Below are positions 1-7,428 of a stretch of DNA of 24,000 bases, in pieces. This DNA comes from Candidatus Competibacter sp. (GTDB lineage Bacteria; Pseudomonadota; Gammaproteobacteria; Competibacterales; Competibacteraceae), in contig JARSSH010000030.1 in the NCBI GenBank assembly GCA_029624815.1, positions 677 through 24,676 on the forward strand, read 5' to 3'. Positions within the stretch are counted from its first letter, which is position 1. The number at the start of each line of letters is the position of its first letter. The notes below the pieces were generated by a model that saw only the letters and a list, made by a program, of their open reading frames with translations, did no database searches and was not told the origin of the DNA. The position numbers and the translations under genes are program-made.

Positions 1-1
1 T

Positions 2-76
2 ACAGAGCGCGAAGAGGAGTCCATCGAAGCCATCAGCCGGCAGGCCATGGCACTCAGGGCGCAACATCACCCATGA
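2..76 (+). CDS. 3' end of an unidentified upstream ORF (partial, enters from the left edge)
   Basis: The frame is open from the window edge (..TEREEESIEAISRQAMALRAQHHP*). TGA 74-76 overlaps an ATG at 73-75, an ATGA junction typical of operon coupling. Too short to assign a family. Confidence 0.3.
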   Translation, partial: TEREEESIEAISRQAMALRAQHHP

Positions 77-110
77 CCCAAGACCAACTCAACCAACTGG
101 GCAAAACCCT
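73..110 (+). repeat. Direct repeat, left copy (hsdM initiation region)
   Basis: ATGACCCAAGACCAACTCAACCAACTGGGCAAAACCCT matches 857-894 at 35 of 38 positions. The three differences are A/G transitions at 73, 81 and 87. Confidence 0.9.
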
Positions 111-162
111 TTATGTCGTTCCAGGTGGGAGCAATAAACGACCTTTCATAATTCCCCATTAA
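73..162 (+). pseudogene. Decayed 5' stub of hsdM (first ~13 codons of the methylase, then unrelated sequence up to a stop)
   Basis: ATG73 reads MTQDQLNQLGKTL, the same peptide as the start of the intact hsdM at 857. Similarity ends after nt 110 and the frame closes at TAA 160-162 (29 aa). Confidence 0.7.
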
Positions 163-186
163 TAGCAAAATGCACAGGAGGTCGAC
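111..186 (+). promoter_or_regulatory. AT-rich leader and putative promoter of the vapBC cassette
   Basis: This stretch is visibly AT-rich compared with its surroundings (..aataaacgacctttcataattccccattaatagcaaaatgcac..). It has TA-rich -10-like hexamers around 159-165 and a strong SD AGGAGG at 176-181, 5 nt before ATG187. A weak inverted repeat GTCGTT(115-120)/AACGAC(137-142) is also present. No convincing -35 box. Confidence 0.3.
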
Positions 187-441
187 ATGGCGACCATTAC
201 CCTAAGCAATCTGCCTGATGAGGTGCATCGCGCACTGAGCGTGCGGGCAGCCATGCACGGCCACAGCACCGAGGCGGAAATCCGCGACATCCTCGAAACG
301 GCTGTTTGCCCGCCAAAGCGGCTTCGTCTGGGCACGGCCCTGGCCGAGCTGGGCCGCCGCGTGGGGCTGACCGACGGGGACATTGCGGCCTTCGAGCAGG
401 GACGCGACAAGACCCCGGCCGAGCCGGTGAGGTTTGAATGA
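187..441 (+). CDS. vapB: Type II antitoxin, ribbon-helix-helix (FitA/VapB/Arc-like)
   Basis: 84 aa. The N-terminus MATITLSNLPDEVHRALSVRAAMHGHSTEAEIRDILE has the beta-strand/helix pattern of RHH antitoxins. AGGAGG SD upstream. 4-nt ATGA overlap with the downstream PIN gene. Confidence 0.8.
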   Translation: MATITLSNLPDEVHRALSVRAAMHGHSTEAEIRDILETAVCPPKRLRLGTALAELGRRVGLTDGDIAAFEQGRDKTPAEPVRFE

Positions 442-860
442 TCGTCCTGGATACCAATGTCGTTTCCGAGGCGATGAAGGCGACGCCGAATCCCGTCGTA
501 CTGGCGTGGCTGGATGAGCAGGCGGCCGAAACCCTCTACTTGTCCAGTGTCACGCTGGCCGAGCTGCTGTTCGGCATAGGTGTCTTGCCTGCCGGTCGGC
601 GCAAGGAGGCGTTGACCCAAATGCTGGATGGCCTGCTGGCTCTGTTCGAGGATCGCGTGCTTGCGTTCGATACCGCCGCCGCCCGGTGCTACGCCGATCT
701 GGCCGTTACGGCCCGAGCCGCCGGCAAAGGCTTCCCCACGCCTGACGGCTACATCGCTGCCATTGCGAAGGCTCGCGGCTTCACTGTCGCCACTCGCGAC
801 GTTGCGCCTTTCAAGGCGGCCAGCCTCAATGTGATCAACCCGTGGGAAGCGATGTCGTGA
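438..860 (+). CDS. vapC: Type II toxin, PIN-domain ribonuclease (VapC/FitB family)
   Basis: 140 aa. Starts MIVLDTNVVSE (first acidic PIN residue) and carries SSVTLAELLFG and a C-terminal TRD. Overlaps the antitoxin stop. Its own stop TGA 858-860 overlaps the GTG857 start of hsdM. Confidence 0.85.
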   Translation: MIVLDTNVVSEAMKATPNPVVLAWLDEQAAETLYLSSVTLAELLFGIGVLPAGRRKEALTQMLDGLLALFEDRVLAFDTAAARCYADLAVTARAAGKGFPTPDGYIAAIAKARGFTVATRDVAPFKAASLNVINPWEAMS

Positions 861-894
861 CCCAGGACCAGCTCAACCAACTGGGCAAAACCCT
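857..894 (+). repeat. Direct repeat, right copy (start of the intact hsdM)
   Basis: GTGACCCAGGACCAGCTCAACCAACTGGGCAAAACCCT, 35/38 identical to 73-110. Confidence 0.9.
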
Positions 895-2461
895 CTGGGC
901 CATCGCCGACGACCTGCGCGGCGCGATGAACGCCGACGACTTCCGCGACTACATGCTGTCGTTCCTGTTCCTGCGCTACCTCTCCGACAACTACGAGGCA
1001 GCGGCCAAGAAGGAGCTGGGGCCGGACTACCCGCTACTGGCCAAGGATGACCGACGCGCGCCGCTGGCGGTCTGGTACGCGAATAACGCCGCCGACGTAG
1101 TCGAATTCGAAAAGCAGATGCGCCGCAAGGTGCACTATGTCATCCACCCGGATTATCTCTGGAGCAGCATCCACGAGCGCGCCCGAACCCAAGACAAGGA
1201 GCTGCTGCAAACCCTGGAGCGGGGCTTCAAGCACATCGAAAACGAATCCTTCGCCGCCAACTTCCAGGGGCTCTTCTCAGAGATCAACCTCAACTCGGAA
1301 AAGCTGGGCCGGACGCCCGCCGACCGCAACAAGAAGCTCTGCACCATCCTCACCAAGATCGCCGAGGGCATCGCCCGGTTTTCCACTAACACCGACATCC
1401 TCGGCGATGCCTACGAGTACCTGATTGGCCAGTTCGCCGCCGGCTCCGGCAAGAAGGCCGGGGAGTTCTACACCCCGCAAACCATCTCCACCATCCTCTC
1501 GCGCATCGTCACTCTCGACAGCCAGGAACCCGCCACCGGCAAAAAGAAAAAACTGAACTGCGTGCTGGACTTCGCCTGCGGTTCCGGGTCGTTGTTGCTC
1601 AATGTGCGCCATCAGATGGGACCGCACGGCATCGGCATGATCTACGGGCAGGAGAAGAACATCACCACCTACAACCTGGCGCGCATGAACATGCTGCTGC
1701 ACGGGGTCAAGGACAGCGAGTTCGAGATCTACCACGGCGACTCCCTGACCAACGATTGGGATCGGCTCAGCGAGATGAACCCGGCCAAGAAGCTCAAATG
1801 CGATGCCGTTGTCGCCAATCCGCCCTTCAGTTATCGCTGGGAGCCCACCGAGGCGCTGGGCGAGGATTTCCGCTTCAAGGCCCACGGCCTGGCCCCCAAA
1901 TCGGCGGCGGACTTCGCCTTCCTGCTGCACGGTTTCCACTTCCTCGGCGACGAGGGCACCATGGCCATCATCCTGCCCCACGGCGTGCTATTCCGTGGCG
2001 GCGTGGAGAGCCACATCCGCACCAAGCTGCTCAAGGACGGCCATATCGACACCGTGATCGGCCTGCCGGCCAATCTGTTCTTCTCCACCGGCATTCCGGT
2101 GTGCATCCTGGTGTTGAAAAAGTGCAAAAAGCCCGACGACGCGCTCTTCATCAATGCCGCCGAGCACTACGAAAAGGGCAAGCGGCAGAACTATCTCTTA
2201 CCGGAACACATCGACAAGATTGTCGATACCTACCAATACCGCAAGGAAGAAGAGCGCTATGCCCGCCGTGTCGGGATGGAGGAGATCGAGAACAACGATT
2301 ACAACCTCAACATCTCCCGCTACGTCAGCACCGCCAAATCCGAGCAGGAAATCGATCTGGCCGTCGTCCACGCGCAACTGGCCGAGATCGAAAAGCGCGT
2401 TGCGGGGGCTGCCATGGCGCACAACCAGTATCTGAAAGAACTTGGTTTGCCGCCGGTTTAG
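857..2461 (+). CDS. hsdM: Type I restriction-modification system, DNA N6-adenine methyltransferase subunit M
   Basis: HsdM N-terminal domain signature (LWAIADDLRGAMNADDFRDYMLSFLFLRYLSDNYE). AdoMet motif I VLDFACGSGSLLL and catalytic motif IV VVANPPFS. I prefer GTG857 as the start because it is the homologue of ATG73 in the duplicated stub; the track start at 842 is an alternative. Confidence 0.9.
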   Translation: MTQDQLNQLGKTLWAIADDLRGAMNADDFRDYMLSFLFLRYLSDNYEAAAKKELGPDYPLLAKDDRRAPLAVWYANNAADVVEFEKQMRRKVHYVIHPDYLWSSIHERARTQDKELLQTLERGFKHIENESFAANFQGLFSEINLNSEKLGRTPADRNKKLCTILTKIAEGIARFSTNTDILGDAYEYLIGQFAAGSGKKAGEFYTPQTISTILSRIVTLDSQEPATGKKKKLNCVLDFACGSGSLLLNVRHQMGPHGIGMIYGQEKNITTYNLARMNMLLHGVKDSEFEIYHGDSLTNDWDRLSEMNPAKKLKCDAVVANPPFSYRWEPTEALGEDFRFKAHGLAPKSAADFAFLLHGFHFLGDEGTMAIILPHGVLFRGGVESHIRTKLLKDGHIDTVIGLPANLFFSTGIPVCILVLKKCKKPDDALFINAAEHYEKGKRQNYLLPEHIDKIVDTYQYRKEEERYARRVGMEEIENNDYNLNISRYVSTAKSEQEIDLAVVHAQLAEIEKRVAGAAMAHNQYLKELGLPPV

Positions 2462-2517
2462 CAGAGGGCGACAAGGTTATTGGCGAATTCGGATTATGGA
2501 CGCCTGGATGATTCAAA

Positions 2518-2573
2518 CGCCCTCACCCCCGACCCCTCTCGCGCTGGGAGCGCGTCAGCGCGAGGTGAGGGCG
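2518..2573. repeat. GC-rich compound palindrome (REP-like intergenic hairpin)
   Basis: The outer arms CGCCCTCAC (2518-2526) and GTGAGGGCG (2565-2573) are complementary, as are the inner arms CTCGCGCTG (2538-2546) and CAGCGCGAG (2556-2564). Lies in the non-coding gap between hsdM and pgpA. Confidence 0.6.
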
Positions 2574-2726
2574 TGGCGGGCAAGCAACCACAACGGATTC
2601 AGGATTGCGATATACAAAGCGCTGCATCCGGACAGCAGTTCCGCCGCGCTCCATTGCCGCCGGTGAGCTTGGGCATCAAGCCCGACGTATCGTCGCCTCT
2701 CCAAGAGGCTTGGAGTCACTACGAAT

Positions 2727-3263
2727 ATGAATCGAACTTCACCTCCATCCCAACCTTCCCCCATTCAGGGGGAAGGAGTTGAAAGGCCCTGCGCCCGCGT
2801 CTTCCGCGATCCCGTGCATTTTCTCGCCCTCGGTTTCGGCTCCGGCTGCGCGCCCAAGGCACCCGGCACCTTCGGCACACTGGCGGCGATTCCGCTGTAT
2901 CTGCTGGCGCAATCGCTGCCGCTGTGGGCTTATCTGTCGCTGACAACGATCGGTTTCATAGTGGGCATCTGGATCTGCGATCGCGCCGCCCGCGATCTGG
3001 GCGTCCACGATCACCCGGCCATCGTTTGGGACGAAGTGGTCGGCTATTTCGTCACCATGATCGCCGCGCCAGCCGGTTGGCTGTGGATCGTGATCGGCTT
3101 CGTCCTGTTTCGGGTATTCGACATTCTCAAACCGTGGCCGATCCGGCGAGCCGATCAACGCATCGGCGGTGGTTTCGGCATCATGTTCGACGACCTGCTG
3201 GCGGCCGGTTACGCCTGGCTGGTGTTGCAGGCGCTGGCTAGATTGTTCGCGACCACCCCCTGA
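2727..3263 (+). CDS. pgpA: Phosphatidylglycerophosphatase A
   Basis: Close match to the E. coli PgpA pattern as I recall it: HFLALGFGSGCAPKAPGTFGTLAAIP, DLGVHDHPAIVWDEVVGY, FRVFDILKPWPIR, GGGFGIMFDDLLAAGY. The start is uncertain. ATG2727 is the only in-frame start upstream of the conserved core, but it has no SD and the first ~17 codons run through a perfect hairpin. Confidence 0.85.
   Translation: MNRTSPPSQPSPIQGEGVERPCARVFRDPVHFLALGFGSGCAPKAPGTFGTLAAIPLYLLAQSLPLWAYLSLTTIGFIVGIWICDRAARDLGVHDHPAIVWDEVVGYFVTMIAAPAGWLWIVIGFVLFRVFDILKPWPIRRADQRIGGGFGIMFDDLLAAGYAWLVLQALARLFATTP
2754..2776. repeat. Perfect 9-bp stem / 5-nt loop hairpin CCTTCCCCC-attca-GGGGGAAGG
   Basis: Read directly from the sequence. 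Same architecture as the hairpin at 18049-18071. Sits inside the predicted 5' end of pgpA. Confidence 0.6.
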
Positions 3264-3298
3264 GATGCGGCCAACGAAACGGTCATTCGATGGCGCGG

Positions 3299-3700
3299 TC
3301 AGTGCTGGACCGCGATGACGATCAGACTGGGAAACATGGTGAAATCGGCGGGATTGGCGGTGAGCACGGCGAACCCATGCCGCAAGGCCGTGGCGGCAAT
3401 CAGCGAATCGAAGGCGCTCGCCGTGAGATTTTTGGGCAGTGCGGCGATCATGCCGGCGTGAAGCCGTGCGGTTTCCAGATCGAACGCCAAGGTGGGTATC
3501 GCCACCAGAATGCTTTCCACGAACGCGAGACGTTTCAACCGCCGCTCGGCGGTATTAGCGCGATGGACGCCGACCAGCAGTTCCGAAGCGGTAATCGCGC
3601 TGAGATACAATCCGCCGTGCATCTCGTAATCGCCGAAGCGGAAACCACCCGGCTGGCGTTCGGCCTGAATCAGAACGTTAGTATCCAAAATCAATCCCAT
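3299..3700 (-). CDS. vapC: Type II toxin, PIN-domain ribonuclease (VapC family)
   Basis: 133 aa. Carries MGLILDTNVLIQAE, SAITASELLVG, DSLIAATAL and LTANPADF, the acidic PIN residues in canonical order. Overlaps the upstream antitoxin gene by 10 nt. Confidence 0.85.
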   Translation of the reverse strand: MGLILDTNVLIQAERQPGGFRFGDYEMHGGLYLSAITASELLVGVHRANTAERRLKRLAFVESILVAIPTLAFDLETARLHAGMIAALPKNLTASAFDSLIAATALRHGFAVLTANPADFTMFPSLIVIAVQH

Positions 3701-3972
3701 GATCGTTCCGATCCGTCCAGTTGCGCCCTGGCCGCCCGGATATCCGCATCGAAGCAGGTGGCTTCCTCCATGCCCAGATGGGGAATCGCGTCGGCCAACA
3801 GACGATCCAGTTCGGAACCGGTGGGCGCGGTGGGCGCGGTGGCGGGTTCGATACGCGCGACGCGCTCGCCGCCGCGCAGAATGACAAAGGATTGATGCGC
3901 GTAGCGCACCCGATTCAACAATTCCGAGAAAGCCCGTGCGGCCTCGGTGGCGGTGATGGTCTGTATGGTCAT
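3691..3972 (-). CDS. Type II antitoxin, Phd/YefM family
   Basis: MTIQTITATEAARAFSELLNRVRYAHQSFVILRGGERVARIEP is a typical Phd/YefM N-terminal fold signature. I chose ATG3972 over the track start 4008 because GGAGG lies 7 nt upstream and 4008 falls inside the -10 box. Confidence 0.8.
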   Translation of the reverse strand: MTIQTITATEAARAFSELLNRVRYAHQSFVILRGGERVARIEPATAPTAPTGSELDRLLADAIPHLGMEEATCFDADIRAARAQLDGSERSWD

Positions 3973-3990
3973 GTTTTTGCCTCCCCGCAA

Positions 3991-4013
3991 ATCAGAAAAT
4001 CTGATCAATTATA
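3991..4013 (-). promoter_or_regulatory. TA promoter -10 box plus operator palindrome
   Basis: On the minus strand, a perfect TATAAT (plus 4008-4013) is followed 2 nt later by the perfect inverted repeat ATCAGA-aaa-TCTGAT (3991-4005), which sits between the -10 box and the SD of the antitoxin gene. This is the classic autoregulation layout. No good -35 box. Confidence 0.6.
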
Positions 4014-4125
4014 CTGTATCGAGCCAGTGAGCGGTTTGCCAGCAGCACCGTCCTACTGGACATATCCTGATTTCCCCGTCCAGACTTTGCAGGTCTTTCC
4101 CCGACAATCGACGGAACCCGACTCC

Positions 4126-5400
4126 ATGAAAATCGAAACCCTTGCCATCCACGGCGGCTATACCCCCGAGCCCACCACCAAGGCCGTTGCCGTACCGATT
4201 TATCAGACCACGTCCTACGCCTTCGACGACACCCAGCACGGCGCCGACCTGTTCGATCTGAAGGTGCCGGGCAACATCTACACCCGGATCATGAACCCCA
4301 CCACCGCCGTGCTGGAACAGCGGGTGGCCGCGTTGGAAGGCGGGGTCGGCGCGCTGGCGGTATCCGCCGGATCGGCGGCCATTACCTACGCGTTGATGAC
4401 GATCGCGGAGGTCGGCGACAACATCGTCACCACCTCGACCCTGTACGGTGGCACCTATAATCTGTTCGCGCATACCCTGCCGCGTTTCGGTATCGAAGCG
4501 CGTTTCGCCGACTATCGCGATATCGACGGCATGGGCCGCTTGATCGATGGCAAGACCAAGGCGGTATTCTGCGAATCCATCGGCAATCCGGCGGCGAACG
4601 TGGTGGATTTCGGTGCCTTGGCCGCCGTCGCCCACGCCCAGGGCGTACCGCTGATCGTGGACAACACCGTGCCGACCCCGTATCTGTGCCGGCCGTTCGA
4701 GCACGGCGCCGACATCGTGGTCCATTCTTTGACCAAATACATGGGCGGCCATGGCACCAGCTTGGGCGGCGTCATCGTCGATTCCGGCCGCTTCCCCTGG
4801 GATCAGCACAAGACCCGTTTCGCCCGCTTGAACGAACCCGACCCGTCCTATCACGGCGTGGTCTACGTCGAGGCGCTGGGGCCGGCGGCCTTCATCGGCC
4901 GGGCGCGGGTGGTGCCGCTGCGCAACACCGGCGCGGCGATTTCGCCGTTCAACAGCTTCCTGATTCTGCAAGGCATCGAGACCCTGCCGGTGCGGATGGA
5001 CCGCCACTGCGAGAATGCCGTCCAAGCCGCTGAATATCTGCGCGCTCATCCGCAAGTCACCTGGATCAAATATCCCGCGCTGGCGGACAGCCCGGAAAAG
5101 CCGCTGGTGGACAAGTACATGGGCGGACGTGGCTCCAGCATCCTCAGTTTTGGCATCAAGGGCGGCCGTGAAGCCGGCGCCAAATTTATCGACGCGCTGC
5201 AACTGGTGACCCGGCTGGTCAACATCGGCGACGCCAAGTCGCTGGCCTGCCATCCGGCGACGACCACCCATCGGCAATTGTCGCCAGACGAATTGGCGAG
5301 AGCGGGTGTCAGCGAGGATTTGGTGCGGCTATCGATCGGCATCGAACATATCGACGACATCCTCGCCGATCTGGAACAAGCCTTGGCGGCGGCAAAGTAA
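4126..5400 (+). CDS. metY: O-acetylhomoserine sulfhydrylase / aminocarboxypropyltransferase (PLP-dependent, Cys/Met metabolism family)
   Basis: [44 protein letters not shown] and the PLP-lysine region [11 protein letters not shown], ~424 aa. The 135-codon upstream extension in the track overlaps the TA genes and I reject it. Confidence 0.9.
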   Translation: MKIETLAIHGGYTPEPTTKAVAVPIYQTTSYAFDDTQHGADLFDLKVPGNIYTRIMNPTTAVLEQRVAALEGGVGALAVSAGSAAITYALMTIAEVGDNIVTTSTLYGGTYNLFAHTLPRFGIEARFADYRDIDGMGRLIDGKTKAVFCESIGNPAANVVDFGALAAVAHAQGVPLIVDNTVPTPYLCRPFEHGADIVVHSLTKYMGGHGTSLGGVIVDSGRFPWDQHKTRFARLNEPDPSYHGVVYVEALGPAAFIGRARVVPLRNTGAAISPFNSFLILQGIETLPVRMDRHCENAVQAAEYLRAHPQVTWIKYPALADSPEKPLVDKYMGGRGSSILSFGIKGGREAGAKFIDALQLVTRLVNIGDAKSLACHPATTTHRQLSPDELARAGVSEDLVRLSIGIEHIDDILADLEQALAAAK

Positions 5401-5440
5401 GCGCGTCGTCATCCTGAACCCTCTGGAGGAGATTGCCCCT

Positions 5441-6550
5441 ATGAAAGCGCGCGCGGCCGTGGCCTGGGAGCCGAAAAAACCGCTGGTGATCGAGGAAATC
5501 GATGTGGAAGGCCCCAAGGAGGGCGAGGTTCTATTGAAAGTCGTGGCCAGCGGCGTGTGCCACACCGACGCCTTCACCCTGTCCGGCGACGATCCGGAAG
5601 GCGCGTTTCCCTGCATTTTGGGCCATGAAGGCGGCTGCGAGGTGGTCGAGTGCGGCCCCGGCGTCAAGGATCTGAAACCGGGCGATCACGTCATCCCGCT
5701 CTACATTCCCGAATGCGGCGAGTGCGAATACTGCCGCTCGACCAAGACCAACCTGTGCCAGTCCATCGCCGCCACGGTGTGGACCGGCTACATGCCTGAC
5801 CATACCCGCCGCTTTTCCTACAAGGGTAAGCCACTGTTTCACTACATGGGTTGCTCGACCTTCGCCGAATACACGGTGGTGCCGGAAATCGCTCTGGCCA
5901 AGATCAACCCGGCCGCGCCGCTGGACAAGGTTTGCCTGCTTGGTTGCGGCGTCACCACCGGCATCGGCGCGGTACTGAACACCGCCAAGATTGAACCCGG
6001 CTCCACCGTCGCGGTGTTCGGGCTGGGCGGCATCGGCCTGTCGGTGATCCAGGGCGCGGTGATGGCCAAGGCCGGACGGATCGTCGCCATCGACGTGAAT
6101 CCCGACAAATTCGCCATGGCCACCGCCCTGGGCGCGACCGACACCCTCAACCCGGCCGAACTCGGCGGCGACGTGGTCGAAGCGCTCAAGGAGATGACGA
6201 ACGGCGGCGTGGACTATTCCTTCGAGTGCATCGGCAACGTCGGAGTGATGCGCCAGGCGCTGGAGTGCTGCCACATGGGTTGGGGCGTGTCCACCATCAT
6301 CGGTGTGGCGGGGGCCGGTCAGGAAATCCGCACCCGGCCGTTCCAACTGGTCACCGGACGCACCTGGAAAGGCACCGCCTTCGGCGGAGTCAAGGGGCGC
6401 AGCCAGTTGCCCGCTTACGTGGACAACTACCTTCAGGGCAAGATCGAACTGGACCGCATGGTGACGCACACGATGCCGCTGGAAGACATCAACACCGCCT
6501 TCGATCTGATGCACGAGGGCAAGAGCATCCGTTCGGTCATTATTTTCTAG
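5441..6550 (+). CDS. frmA: S-(hydroxymethyl)glutathione dehydrogenase / class III alcohol dehydrogenase
   Basis: [64 protein letters not shown], structural-zinc cysteines [18 protein letters not shown] fold [11 protein letters not shown], and a C-terminal [18 protein letters not shown] at 5425-5431. Confidence 0.92.
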   Translation: MKARAAVAWEPKKPLVIEEIDVEGPKEGEVLLKVVASGVCHTDAFTLSGDDPEGAFPCILGHEGGCEVVECGPGVKDLKPGDHVIPLYIPECGECEYCRSTKTNLCQSIAATVWTGYMPDHTRRFSYKGKPLFHYMGCSTFAEYTVVPEIALAKINPAAPLDKVCLLGCGVTTGIGAVLNTAKIEPGSTVAVFGLGGIGLSVIQGAVMAKAGRIVAIDVNPDKFAMATALGATDTLNPAELGGDVVEALKEMTNGGVDYSFECIGNVGVMRQALECCHMGWGVSTIIGVAGAGQEIRTRPFQLVTGRTWKGTAFGGVKGRSQLPAYVDNYLQGKIELDRMVTHTMPLEDINTAFDLMHEGKSIRSVIIF

Positions 6551-6561
6551 AGGACGCGGCG

Positions 6562-7398
6562 GTGGAGCACATCGAATCGATCAAAGAATTCGGCGGCTGG
6601 CTGAACCGCTACCGCCACCGCTCGCAAGCCTGCGATTGCGACATGACCTTTTCGGTCTATCTGCCCCCCCAGGCGGAGCGGGAAAAAGTCCCGGCGGTCT
6701 ACTGGCTGTCCGGCCTGACCTGCACCGACGACAACTTCCGGGTCAAGGCGGGAGCGCAGCGGTACGCGGCGGAACTGGGGTTGGCCCTGGTTATCCCCGA
6801 CACCAGCCCGCGCGGCCCGGACGCGCCGGACGCGCTGGAGCGCTACGATCTCGGCCAGGGGGCCGGTTTCTACGTCAACGCCACTCAAGAGCCATGGGTG
6901 CGGCACTATCGCATGTACGACTACGTCACCCGCGAACTGCCGGCGCTGGTCGAGGCCAATTTGCCCCTCACCGATGTTCGCTCCATCACCGGCCATTCGA
7001 TGGGGGGCCACGGCGCGCTGATCTGCGCGCTGCGGGAACCGGAACGCTACCGTTCCGTCTCCGCCTTCGCGCCGATTTGCCATCCGATGGCCTGCGGCTG
7101 GGGGCAAGGCTGCTTCAAGGCTTATCTCGGTCCCAACCGCGAGGACTGGGTGGCATACGATGCCGTCCGCTTGATCGAGGAAGGCGCGCAAGCCATTCCG
7201 TTGTTGATCGACCAAGGCACCGACGACGAATTTCTCGCCCAGCAGTTGCACCCGATGTCGCTCGAACGGGTCTGCGCCGCCCGCGACTTTCCGCTCACCC
7301 TGCGCTGGCGGGAGGGCTACGATCACAGCTACCACTTCATCGCGACCTTTATCGGCGAGCATCTCGCCTACCATGCCCGGACGTTACGGGGCGATTGA
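6562..7398 (+). CDS. fghA: S-formylglutathione hydrolase (esterase D family)
   Basis: KEFGGWLNRYRHRSQACDCDMTFSVYLPP, YWLSGLTCTDDNF, nucleophile motif GHSMGGHGA, and a C-terminal GYDHSYHFI. GTG6562 is the only in-frame start upstream of the conserved N-terminus, with AGGA 5 nt before it. Confidence 0.88.
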   Translation: MEHIESIKEFGGWLNRYRHRSQACDCDMTFSVYLPPQAEREKVPAVYWLSGLTCTDDNFRVKAGAQRYAAELGLALVIPDTSPRGPDAPDALERYDLGQGAGFYVNATQEPWVRHYRMYDYVTRELPALVEANLPLTDVRSITGHSMGGHGALICALREPERYRSVSAFAPICHPMACGWGQGCFKAYLGPNREDWVAYDAVRLIEEGAQAIPLLIDQGTDDEFLAQQLHPMSLERVCAARDFPLTLRWREGYDHSYHFIATFIGEHLAYHARTLRGD

Positions 7399-7428
7399 TT
7401 TCCCTCGCGCCCGACCCAGAGGTTTTTC

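Noticed and set aside
842-856. GTG842 as the hsdM start
   Set aside because: The duplicated stub shows the ancestral initiation codon corresponds to position 857. The five extra codons would lie inside vapC. I keep it only as a less likely alternative.
2461-2511. Possible hsdS relic directly after the hsdM stop (one frame reads AEGDKVIGEFGLWTPG*)
   Set aside because: It is only 16 codons, with no HsdS motif that I can recognise by eye. It needs a profile search and is not reportable as a pseudogene.
3294-3314. Hairpin CGCGGTC-agtgctg-GACCGCG between pgpA and vapC as a terminator
   Set aside because: It overlaps the vapC stop codon and has no U-tract on either strand, so the support is too weak.
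3973-4008. ATG4008 as the start of the Phd/YefM antitoxin
   Set aside because: It would place the start codon inside the TATAAT box and put the operator palindrome in the coding sequence. ATG3972 has a GGAGG SD and yields the canonical MTIQTI.. N-terminus.
3721-4125. 135-codon N-terminal extension of the metY ORF
   Set aside because: It overlaps the minus-strand TA genes and their promoter. The conserved MetY N-terminus ([11 protein letters not shown]) begins at ATG4126.
4014-4125. Riboswitch (SAM-type) in the metY leader
   Set aside because: I could not recognise any conserved SAM-riboswitch core or a convincing terminator/antiterminator pair by eye. An Rfam scan would be needed.
5306-5440. 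Upstream extension of the frmA ORF (and likewise 6226-6561 for fghA)
   Set aside because: These extensions overlap the 3' ends of metY and frmA in other frames. The conserved N-termini and SD sequences support the starts at 5441 and 6562.
4009-7374. Long minus-strand ORFs 4009..5277, 5531..6514 and 6547..7374
   Set aside because: They are antisense to metY, frmA and fghA, which have unmistakable family motifs. Their translations are Arg/Gly/Asp/His-rich nonsense.
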